64,000 nucleotides of DNA. It comes from Octopus vulgaris. Lineage: Eukaryota. The notes under the pieces were generated by a model that was not told the DNA's origin, searched no databases, and saw only the letters and a list, made by a program, of their open reading frames with translations. This document shows positions 52,301 through 64,000 of the stretch, piece by piece. Within the stretch, counting starts at the first letter, position 1, and the number at the start of each line of letters is the position of its first letter. The DNA is taken from positions 44,578,001 to 44,642,000 of the forward strand of contig OX597835.1 of assembly GCA_951406725.2 (NCBI GenBank), read 5' to 3'. The position numbers and the translations under genes are program-made.

Positions 52301-53139
52301 AAATATATATATATGTGTGTGTGTATATATACGCTGTCATACCTACGCATATATACGTGTGCAAGTGGGAGAACAAACGAAAAAAATTAGCCCTCAACAC
52401 ATTTAGTAGTTGTTACACTTATTATTTAATAACAGATTCATTTACTTCTATGCAACTTACATTTCGGAGATTCGTAGAACGAACCTAACTCCTCAAGCTT
52501 TTGAAGAAGAGTAAACATATATGGGACAAATTCAAGATATCCTCTAGAAGTTGGGCCTTTAACGTAGGCCATGTGGTGTTTGTGTTCTGAAAATAACATC
52601 AGATACTTTAATTTTAAGGATACGTTTTCGGAAAGGAAGTCAGCAGGTATCTGTCACCGCTATGCCTGGACAATGCGATTTGGCATATTTAGCGACATCA
52701 GTTATTGCTTTTGATGCCATAGGATGAAGATTTAGCGACAACAGCTTTTCCGTGGGAATTACCAAATTAGGTGGTGCTGGATTAAATATATTTGGTGTGC
52801 TCGGTTAAGAGCACACCAAATATGGTGATCCTTGATGCGGCTGTAGTTTATAAACATGACAAGCGTTAAGTGCCCTGCTCTTGTGTATGGAGTAGCCAGG
52901 CCTGTGCCGGTCTTTCTTGATTGTCAGCTGTCAGTAATCTTGAAGTTCATTAAAAGAGCAAACTTCTGATGGCAATAAGATACCAGATCCAGTGAAGTAA
53001 GTTATCGGATTTTCAATGTCTCCCTGCTATATATCATTAATGAGATACAACTTGTCCAATCGTTGTTGAATTGGTTATTCTTTATTTTCACACGTAACAT
53101 ATAAAGATCGTTTATACTTTATTGTATAGCTTTCAAAAT

Positions 53140-53925
53140 GTGTATGAAAACATTAGAATTAGTGCCATTTTACGCTAGGTGTGGAAAACAGGGCTGAATA
53201 CAAGGCAACAGCAAAAGTAATTAATGATGTGGAAGATCTAAGAACTGTCAACGAATGTGTGACACAAAACTGGTTCAGATATTTCAAGGTAGGTAACACC
53301 AGCCTCGAAGATAAATCAAGGCCAGGGTGATTTTTGTTTTGCAAGATAAGATACAGGACTCGCACAATGTTGAAATAATATGGTATATAAGCACCATCAA
53401 TTCACGTCTCTCCGTGTGCACAAATGTTGTCGAGAATTTCCTCATGAATTGACAAATGACCAGGCTTAAAGACGTGTAAACCTTTGGTGGCAAATCCTCG
53501 AGATGCCCGTTTTTGTCCTTTTGGCCTCGAATTGTAAATAGGATGACAAATGAATCTACCTTTGTAATCCTAATCAGAAATGAGTGGCTTCGTATCGGCC
53601 AGGCGTCGGAATCTGTTGTCAAATAAGTGTAGTTTGAACAAAAGGTCTTGTTGTGTGTTAGGTTGCGTTCAAGTGGTTGCCCTTTGAGCTTGTCCCAGAT
53701 ATTTATACCGTAAATGCTAACATTTATGATGAGCAACTGCAGCGAGCGTATGATGCTTTGAAACCAGGCTACTCGGTATTGATCAATCGAATGCGCGCAC
53801 TCCTGCCGCATGGCGACGTTTCAGCACACACTGCTCAAGTGACAAAGAGCAAAGACTTGACGGCTGGAAGTACTTCCTCACCCTACCGAAATCCAGACCT
53901 TTCAGTATCAGATAACATGCAGTAA
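53140..53925 (+). pseudogene. Decayed mariner transposase
   Basis: TVNECVTQNWFRYFKVGNTSLEDKSRPG; KVLLCV; FELVPDIYTVNANIYDEQLQR; LLPHGDVSAHTA; PDLSVSD (YSPDLAPSD-like). Confidence 0.85.
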
Positions 53926-53929
53926 CTTG

Positions 53930-54410
53930 TGGGTTTAGTGTTGGAAACTGCGAGGTCCAGGTGAGTAAGGATGGTGGTCCCTGGCATTGATACTCCATTC
54001 GATGATCTAGAATTCACCAGACGAAACGGGACAAGATGTACCAGCACTTGAAGGGGTGTGTAACTACCACTGAAATAGTTGGCTATCATGCCTGCGTTGT
54101 GTCTCATAAATACCATCGAATAGTTGGGGATGGCTCTACAGGGGACAACACTCGAGAAGTGGCATCTTCCCAGCATGCAGTTGGTGGGATTTCGGTATTG
54201 CTAGATTGGCGTTTGAAGTAGGTGCGTGTTTGCATTTATCGTAGCGAGCAAAATTTGAAGCGTATCAGAACAATTACACCGTCCGTGTTCCGAGGACCAT
54301 TAACCCCCATAGGACAATCCCCCCCACCGACAACTACTCCTTACAACAATTACAACCTTTGTTAATTACCCTCTCCAGGAAACCGGATTACCAGCCTTCA
54401 TCAGGAATTC
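53930..54410 (-). mobile_element. Possible decayed DNA transposon (MULE-like) with repeated acaattacc/ggacaatcccc subterminal motifs
   Basis: Short repeated motifs at 54270-54375; only faint protein resemblance. Confidence 0.25.
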
Positions 54411-54476
54411 AGGTGTTGTGTAATCATACATGTCTGCATACGTACGCAATCACAGGCGCGCTCACACAGACACTAA

Positions 54477-54512
<36 letters not shown>

Positions 54513-54729
54513 TACAAATATATATTTATACTTTAAATACTCTGTATTAATGCCAAGTTTTTAGTGAATGGTATTTTGTTCTCTTTTTGGACACATGTTG
54601 GAGAAATTGAGATGATTTTTCCACACTGCAGGAAATTGTTCAATCTCTCTCTTTTTAGAAATATTTAGTATTTTGGCTCAAAGTACAAAAAACAACAACA
54701 AAAAAAAAAGATGGTGATGGAAAATAAGC

Positions 54730-54850
54730 AAGTGCATTAGGTTAACGCTCTGGAAGAATGGAAATGTCTTTGACTTTTCGAGCCCAAGCGCTTCAACAGG
54801 AAGGAATGAAGGCTAAAAAAAAAGAGGGAAAGAGAAAAAAGGGATCTGGA
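54730..54850 (-). mobile_element. Degenerate copy of the CUGUUGA-hammerhead family
   Basis: Minus strand cttc-CUGUUGA-agcgcttgggctc-GAAA-ag-UC-aaagac (54767-54804). Confidence 0.45.
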
Positions 54851-55808
54851 TAAACGGTTTCACACGATTTATTTTGGTGAATATAAATCTTTAATATTTG
54901 GCCATTCGTACTATCTCACACAGGGGGTGAAGTGTAGTAGAAAAATGAATGAAACATCAGCAGATCCTGAGAATAAATGGCCTGTATGAAATTTCATCCC
55001 AATATCTCTGTAGTATTTAACATGAAGACAATGGAGATGTTTTTTTTTTGAGAGATGACCCCTTTACAAATAATAATGCCTTTATGACTGTTCCTTTTTC
55101 CGATTGAATGTCTCTCCTTCTCTCTTCCTTTTCTTTCCTTCGATTCCTTTCATTCCTTCTTCCCCAATCAACATTTCTCTTCCTCTTTCCTCTTTATCTC
55201 TCTTCCACTTACATTATACCTGTATCGAAAGATCCCTTTTGCTCCTGTCTCTATGTTTCTACAATTTTTTTCAATATTTTCTTTGGTTATAACCAAAAAC
55301 GATTCTGACCAACGTAGCATTAATTTTCAAGGTTCTTCAATTATTCTCAATCAATCAATGGAGTGACTGTGTACACCAATCAATAACAAACGAAACATTA
55401 CTACCCGAAACAGCTGTAAGTAAAATTTACTACAATAAATAACAATATGTAATGACAGTTATTTATGTCTTGAATTGTATAACAATCTGTGTAAAAACCA
55501 GCATAACTGGGATACAATCATGGATTTACAATACAGAATGGCAATGACCTCTAAGCTAAGTTATTGTCATCAGAATAAATGAAGTTCTTTAATAATCGAA
55601 ACAAAGTTGTTATCCTGGTGTACTGACAGAGATCTTATAAAGAATTTTGCCCGCACTGGTAATCTTCAACTAACATTGTTATTTATATGTGTGTGCGATT
55701 ATGTGTTTGTCCCTATGCGTACGTCTGTGTATGTATGTGTGTTTGTCTGTGTGGGTGTGTTTCTGTGTCTTTGTGTGTATATATACACATACATGCATAC
55801 ATACATAA

Positions 55809-55857
<49 letters not shown>

Positions 55858-55890
55858 GATAGATACATATATACATATATAGATAGATAC

Positions 55891-55931
<41 letters not shown>

Positions 55932-56412
55932 TATATACATGTGTCTGTGTGTGTGTATTTCTCTCTCTCTCTCTTTAAATATATATATATATATATGAAT
56001 GTTATATATATATATACATAAACATTATATATATATAAATATAAAACAATATAATATACATATATATGTGTATATATATATATATGTATATATACATCTA
56101 TATATATATGTGTGGGTGTATATACATATATATATTTATATATATACATACGTACATATATACATATACATACACATTTACACAGTATACGTATATAGGT
56201 GTATACGTGTGCGCGCGTATGAAAATGTATATATGCATGTATACACGGCTTATGTTCAACAATAAATATTTCTTTAAGTTCGGTGGAGTCGAAAATACGA
56301 AAATACGTTTGGTTGACCAAACTTAATGGCATTGAACGTTTTCCAAAACTCACAATGCATTTCCTTTAAAGAAGAACATATATAACGATACATAAGTATA
56401 TTCCTTGAGTCA

Positions 56413-57063
<651 letters not shown>

Positions 57064-57423
57064 TTGTGTGTGTGTTTGTATATATAATTATTTATGGTTA
57101 TATGTTTGTATGTAAATGACTTTCATAATGTAATATTGTACTAACGCGGTTATAATTTGCTTTGACATATAAAGTGTATCTTACACCGGCTTATAATGAT
57201 TTATTCATTGTTATTTTGTATTTCTAGAGTTACATCGTCGGTAATATTACATCTCTTTTCTTCGTGGTTTTGTTTATAAAAATTATTAATATCGTGTTTG
57301 GTAAATAACCAACATTAAATGAAACGTATGATCGTCTTTTGCTATTTGTTAGGTCGTGCACGACACTTTGCTTTCTAGCATTCTTGCTATTTATGTATGT
57401 GTGTGTGTGTATTTATATGTAAG

Positions 57424-57587
57424 TAGTGGCTGTGTTGTAAGTAGCTTGTTTACCAGCCACATCGTTCTGGGTTTAGTCCCACTGCGTGGCACCTTGGGCA
57501 AGTGTCTTCTACTATAGCCTCGGGCCGACCAAAGCCCTGTGAGTGGATTTGGTAGACGGAAACTGAAAGAAGCCCGTTGTATATATG

Positions 57588-57649
<62 letters not shown>

Positions 57650-57862
57650 TGTGTCTGTGTTTGTCCCCTTAGCATTGCTTGACAACCGATGCTGGTGTGT
57701 TTATGTCCCCGTTACTTAGCAGTTCGGCAAAAGAGACAAATAGAACAAGTACTGGGTTTTCAAAAAGAATAAGTCCTGGGGTCGAGTTGCTCGATTAAAA
57801 GCGGTGCTCCAGCATGGGTGCAGTCAAATGACTGAAACAAGTAAAAGAGTAAAGAGTAAAGA
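57424..57862 (+). mobile_element. SINE-A
   Basis: Full architecture, with repeated agtaaag tail. Confidence 0.9.
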
Positions 57863-59439
57863 GATATACACATATACATATGTCGATTTTATACGTATTA
57901 GAGTGTTGTACGAATCTGAAGTCACAGGGGTGTTCTAGTGTTTAAGACGTTCTCTTTGCAGTCATAAATTTCCGAGTTCGATCCTATTGCATTGCATGTT
58001 TAAGAACGGCCTTTCTGTTCGATTAATCTCAACGTAAACCTTCTAAAGTGTAATTTCCTAGAATGGTAGCTCTCTAGAAATTTTTTGGGTGGATTCTACA
58101 CGTGATATTTCTTTTGTATTTTGACTGTATTTCATTGTTTGATACCACAATCTGTAGAATTACTTGTCTTTAGCGGCACTTCGATATTTGTTGCAAGCGT
58201 TCAGCACAAGTCATTCGTTTCAAGTTAACTTTCTCATTTCCACACCACTACGAGGCTCGGTAAAGCGCAGTGGTTACTGCGTTCCTTTCTGAAGAAAAGT
58301 TGAAATAAAAGAAAATATAAAAGATAATTAAAATTCTGTTTTTGTCCCATATTGTTTCATGATGCCTTGCCTTGGTTTTTATTATGTATTTTTTAATATT
58401 TTTATTTTTTCCATTTTCATTTGACAATTCCCTCGCTTTTCTTCTTTTTCGTTCTATTTCGCATGCTTTCTTTTTAAAGAAATTTATGTTGAATTTTTTC
58501 CCGTTATCGCTTCTGATTTACGATTCTACAGATTTTGTGAGCCGTTTCCCCAGACCTATAAGATTGGGCAAACGTGAAATAACCAGAACCGGGAAACCTT
58601 GATGAATCAGAAAGCGTAGATGAGAAGAATTTCTTCCTTTCCTTATTTTATTTGAAAACATAATTTCCTTTAAAATTTTACTTCAATGACTGTTTATATC
58701 ATCCATGATTCTTCTGCTCCATCAATGTCGCAAGAAACCCGCTGATGACTGCAAGGAGTAAAACGCCAAGTAACATCTCCATTCAGCTCTGTAGAATAGA
58801 TATAAATATTTATTCCCGGCTTTTATTTATGACACGGCATGCGCTCCCAAAATGTCAGCGGGTGTAATTATTGTTGGATTTTGTTTATGTCTTTAAACAT
58901 TGAATCCACAACGCTACGATCAAAGATGGCCCAATAGATATCATCCGTTCTTTTTCTCAGATATTGCCTATCTTCCACTACTTTATACAATGTCTCCTTC
59001 CTTTTATCAATAACTCCCAGTGTTCTGCTGCTTGGAAGTGTTTCCATTCCATAAAGAAATTCCTATACTTTAGCGGTTTCTGTCCATTGTGTATAGCTAT
59101 ATCTTTTGTAAGTTCTGTTTGTGTTTTCTCTCTCAGAAGTCTCTGTTTCCAGTGTGAATTAATATATAACCAAAGCATTTCTCTTTTGTATTCTATTGAA
59201 TCATATTCCATCTGATTTAATTGTATTCCGAATTCGCAGGATTCTAGAAGCAGTTGTTGTATTTAACAATGTTTGACCTCCAGAATAAACTTTATAGCTT
59301 AACCAGAAATATATTTTCATGCTTTGCCCGCATATAACATCTTCGATATCTTTCTCTATAATGTAAGAACACATACAGCATAGGTAAATATACATAACCT
59401 ACATTTATTATTATTTCGTAATTTATACAGGAAATATAA

Positions 59440-59645
59440 GGCAGCGAAGTGACAGGATCGTCAGCGCGCCGTACATACGGCTTAGCGGTGTTTCGGCTAG
59501 CTTTATGTTTTGTGTTCAAATTCCTCCGAGGGGGTGACATTGCCTTTCATTCTTGCGGGTTCGATGAAATGATTGCTAGCCGTGCATTGAGGTCAACGTA
59601 ATCGACTACTCCCTTCTACAAAATTCTAGACCTTGTACTTATAAT
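59440..59645 (+). mobile_element. tRNA-headed SINE family B, degenerate
   Basis: gtgttcaaattcctccgag...tgcctttcattcttgcgggttcgatgaaatga. Confidence 0.6.
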
Positions 59646-61699
59646 AATGACGATTTTTGCATCAATATAAATTGATAATGCTTCAACAATCTAGTCGTAG
59701 CTAAAGAAAGTTAGAAAAAAATATTAGTGAGTTTCGTTTTCATTACTATAGGGAGTATGGGAATGAAATAATTGACATATTTTTGTATTATTCTGAGCTC
59801 GGGCCGAGGAAATATAATTGTGAAGAGATAAAAGCATCCCCGAACACCACCCACTCAGGATGAGAGGCGTACTATCGAAAGTGTGATGCTGTAAGAATAT
59901 CATTAGATCTTTTAGAAATAACACCCCTATCCCTCATAAACTGAACTGTAGCGTTTTGTATATTAATTGACACATTAATTAATGTATTCCCGTATGAACA
60001 TTGTTTAATGAAGCATGCACAAAAGAAATCCTGGCAAGAGCACGTTCTGTCATAGATCAGGCCTATTCATCATTAACTGCAAATGACAAAACAGTAGGTT
60101 CGTATGTGCTAACGTTTCTATATTGCTTTGAGCATGAAAATACGGTTAATTAAACATCAACAAAACTGCATGTATGTCAGTATTAAACCCTTTAATGATT
60201 AAATTATAAAAAAGGCTGAAAATAATTAATTAATGTATAATATAAAATGAATAATGGTTATATTTTAAAGAAAGTAACGTAATAAAATTATGTCCTTTTC
60301 AGCAGAAATTTAGCATTATTTACATGTTCTTTTTTATGCATTTTTTACGGTTAAGATATATATTTATTCTTACTTCACAGTTTATTAATAATCCACTGAT
60401 TAATGTTCGACAATATCACTGTACCATTACGTAAACAAAGCTGTACTATTCGCCATTTTGTTTTATTTCTTTTATGAAATAACATTGCGTAATTTTCTTT
60501 GATTAGTTCGGAAGGCAGGGATAAGCGATCTCTGGTGGCATTGAAGGGAGACGAAAGTAGTTGAGATATTGATTTTGAGCTGCTGAAACCCCAGCCGTTT
60601 AATCAGCGGTGGGATTTAATTTCACAGTGATATTGAATGCGCTTTAAACATTTGTGCAAATATATCAATAGTTAAAGAAAGAAACCGGGAGAGTGTCTTT
60701 CATTTCAATCAAAGTTCTTCCTTATCGAACTCGCACCTTTATAAATCAATGATAATGAACATGTGGTAACCAATTTAAGCACGTTTTGAGAAAGGCGGAG
60801 GTCCCACGACGGTTATTTCAGTAATTAGGTGCCGGTGAAGATTAAGAACTTTGCTGCCCAAAATGTCTTCATGATCCACCGAAGTGAAATGAAATTACAA
60901 GTAGCAGGCATTGAAATTGCCTCTATTCATATCACCGCTTATCGGAACGTTACAATTCTGAACAGCATAGTGTTTTATGATAATATGCGCAAGTTCCACA
61001 TGTTGTAGATGTACATATTTTTATTGCAATGAATATATATAAACATATTCATTCTATTTGTTTCATTGCAATAAATACTTGAATTATATCTGTCACAGTT
61101 TAAATTGCTCAGAGCGTAACGATGTTAATTGTTGCATTATGGTAAACGTTAAAATTGTGTTTTCTGTATCATTCAATATTTAAATGTTGCTATAAAAGTG
61201 ACATTTAATCACATACCGTAGCATGCAAATTAATATCAAAGATTTCTGGCTGTCACAAAGTTATATAATTTAGCTGTGGATACTCTCATTAAAAGAAAGC
61301 AAATTATAGCGCTGGGTCACGGTATTTACCCGTTCAAATCTCACAATGGTTAAATTATTTTCAACCGCTGGAGTAGACAACAAAGTAGTAATTAAGGGAA
61401 GAAGCTTGGCAGAAATCTCAGATCGATGGGCGAGGTGCATTATGGTCCCTGTATCACCGCATTGCCTTCTGACGGCAGCACTTCTAACGGCAAAGGTGTC
61501 ATGGTGAAAGGTAACGTCCTTGCCTGTTGACCTGATCGCTGGTATTGAAAGGGGAGACTTTGAAGCGTGAACAACTGCCAGGCTTCAACACAAAACCAAG
61601 AACATGTATGCCCATGGCCGTAAAATGGATGGCGCAGAAGCTCTTGAAATACTGTCAATTACTTCGTCACTACTTCCGTGAGTAGAATTCAAACTAATA

Positions 61700-61880
61700 C
61701 AGTTCTATATCTAAGAGACGAGGGATTATGTACGCTATTTACATTATTTACATTTGACCGATATTTGTCCTCATCTTGTTTGTTGTTAACACAACATTTC
61801 GGCTGATATACCCTCCAGCCTTCTTCAGGTGTCTTGGAGAAATTTCAAACCTGGGTTCTCATTTCGAAGGTATTTTTTGA

Positions 61881-61885
<5 letters not shown>
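61700..61885 (-). mobile_element. 3' part of the tRNA-head/hammerhead element; HHR at 61788-61833
   Basis: Minus strand gacac-CUGAAGA-a-ggctg...cagcc-GAAA-tg-UU-gtgtt. Confidence 0.8.
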
Positions 61886-61930
<45 letters not shown>

Positions 61931-62310
61931 TGTGTTTGACTTTTGCTTTATATTTGTACAAGTTGGCTTTAAGTCTCACCCAGAGACCTCAAGAGACAAC
62001 AGGTTGGAAGTTCATGTTGTTGTTATGCCTAGTGTGCCATATATTTGGGTTTTTTATGTTTTGTACTAGTGAATGTCCTCCCCCACAAAAAAAAAAAATA
62101 AATAAAAAATAAAAAAAAACGAAAATTGTATTTGTTTTAAACCCTGAGATTATATAAAATGTATTTTACGTAGGATATGAGCAGTTCCCATGAGCACTAT
62201 CTTTTGAATTTCTGCCATTTTGGGTCTTCCTGGTATCTGAGTTAGGTAGCAATCAGCCCCTTGTTATTATTATTATTATTATTATTATTAACCCCTACAT
62301 CGTATGCCAC

Positions 62311-62600
62311 GGGCATATAGCATCGTGGTTAAGAGCGCGGGCTTCTAAAACCAAGATTCCGAGTTCGATTCCAGGCAGTAACCTGAATAATAATGATAGT
62401 AAAAACAACAACAACAACAACAACAACAATAATAATAATAACATCGAAAAATACCATAGGAATAAGAACCTAGGTTCGAAATTTACCCAAAACACCTGAT
62501 GAAGGCTGGAGGGTATATCAGCCGAAACGTTGTGTTAACAAAGATGAGGACAAATATCCATCAAATGTAAATAATGTAAATAACGTAAATAATGTAAATT
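62311..62600 (+). mobile_element. SINE-like element: tRNA-like head, (AAC/AAT)n linker, minimal hammerhead and (tgtaaataa)n tail
   Basis: A box tagcatcgtgg and B box gagttcgattcc (62311-62383); HHR at 62491-62536. Confidence 0.8.
62491..62536 (+). ncRNA. Minimal (PLE-type) type I hammerhead ribozyme
   Basis: aacac-CUGAUGA-a-ggctg gagggtatat cagcc-GAAA-cg-UU-gtgtt: stem I aacac/gtgtt, stem II 5 bp, stem III reduced to palindromic ACGU. Confidence 0.8.
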
Positions 62601-63811
62601 CACCCTAAGCTTCATTGATGAGTTCAGAACAATACTAATACATTACAGGAGTTGTCTCCCGCACTTTCGGGATTAATGAAAATTACATTAGTCATTGACT
62701 AATAGCATTCTTTTTGTTCCTTACTCACATAATTACTTGCAAGGAAGTTAAAACTTTGGTATGAATTATATTAAGAGAATTTATGTAAATAATGGCATTA
62801 CTATAGTTTCATACATCTTGAACTATGTTCTATAAATACTTATATTATTTTGTGAGATATCTAAGAGTTCACATATGGAGGGAGGAAATAAAATGTTATG
62901 TTTAATATTTCCATATAATTCATAAAGTGGAGGTGGAGCGCAAATATTTGTAAATCCCGAAATGCCTAGCTGCAATTTTCCAAATTCTGAATATACATCA
63001 ATACCATAAAATAAATTTCAATAAATTAAAGAAAATGATGGTTCCAATAATTATAAACATTCACATAGAGTACCTGAACACTTGACTATTATTTTTAGAG
63101 CATCGTATCTTATTACGCCTAGCATAATAAGCGTTCCATTCCGTACCTGTATCATGGAAATTTCCCCTCTTTTCAAGAAAAAGGAAAGACAGATTTCAGG
63201 GAGTTTCGCTGCAATTCCTTACATGTAAGACAACCTCTCACAGGATGATTTATCGACCCTGATTGAAATCAGAATTTAAAGAAACGGAAAAAAAAAACCA
63301 CCGGAACTGCATTTACACCACCAATTTTACTCTTCTGTCAATTTCAACCGGAACAAATCTGTCAAAACTCTTTGGATTCACATAGATTTCTGAGCAGATA
63401 TATATTTTTTTTCTGGCGTATTGCTTAAAGCACTAAAGGGATTTGCTGGTTGCGCTTTTATCAATTTTACAGATAAGGATTTGAATAGTTCATTCTCGTA
63501 GGATTGCAACTCTGAACAAATAATTAAGACTAAAGTTTCACTAGAAATATAAAAAAAATACTTATTGATGTTTGTTAGAACTAACAGAAAAGTCGTTGCT
63601 ATTCACCGGATATGTGTATGTTAGATATTTACTTAATACATACGTACAGAGAAAAAGTGAGACAGCTACAGAGTGTAATGCTAATGTATAGACGTATACA
63701 CACAATTTAGAAATAAAAATAGCTTCAGTATGGTGTTAGATATACTCATAAACCCACACATATAAACACACACATACATATCTGTCAGTCGATTTGCCTG
63801 TCTGCCAACAA

Positions 63812-63814
<3 letters not shown>

Positions 63815-63908
<94 letters not shown>

Positions 63909-63917
63909 GTATGTATG

Positions 63918-63948
<31 letters not shown>

Positions 63949-63963
63949 GTATCTATCTGTCTA

Positions 63964-64000
<37 letters not shown>
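63815..64000. repeat. (TCTA)n/(TCTG)n tract
   Basis: Direct observation. Confidence 0.95.

Noticed and set aside
62311-62383. Functional tRNA gene (also the SINE heads at 26574, 34585 and 24165)
   Set aside because: A and B boxes are present but the cloverleaf and acceptor stem are imperfect, and the heads are fused to repeated SINE bodies

Overview
AT-rich, microsatellite-saturated eukaryotic DNA with no supportable protein-coding gene. The SINE families suggest an Octopus (coleoid cephalopod) genome; this is inferred from repeat recognition, not from a search. The window is a mosaic of tRNA-headed SINEs (about 20 copies of one family with an internal (TA)/(TG) microsatellite, plus 3-4 other families), non-autonomous Helitrons, decayed Tc1/mariner transposases, R4/Dong-type LINE fragments in (AAT)n tracts and a fossil Penelope-like (PLE) reverse transcriptase. 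The main result is a dense set of type I hammerhead ribozyme (HHR) motifs from several unrelated small element families, mostly inserted in (TA)n and often present as inverted duplications. The clearest case is a near-identical 490-bp tandem array (44175-46029) with an inverted copy (43758-44178). Each unit carries one complete HHR and folds into G-U-rich, strand-specific helices, so it is a candidate retrozyme or viroid-like circular RNA. A second notable family fuses a tRNA-like Pol III head to a minimal PLE-type hammerhead (62311-62600). All folds were read by eye and coordinates of degenerate repeats are approximate.
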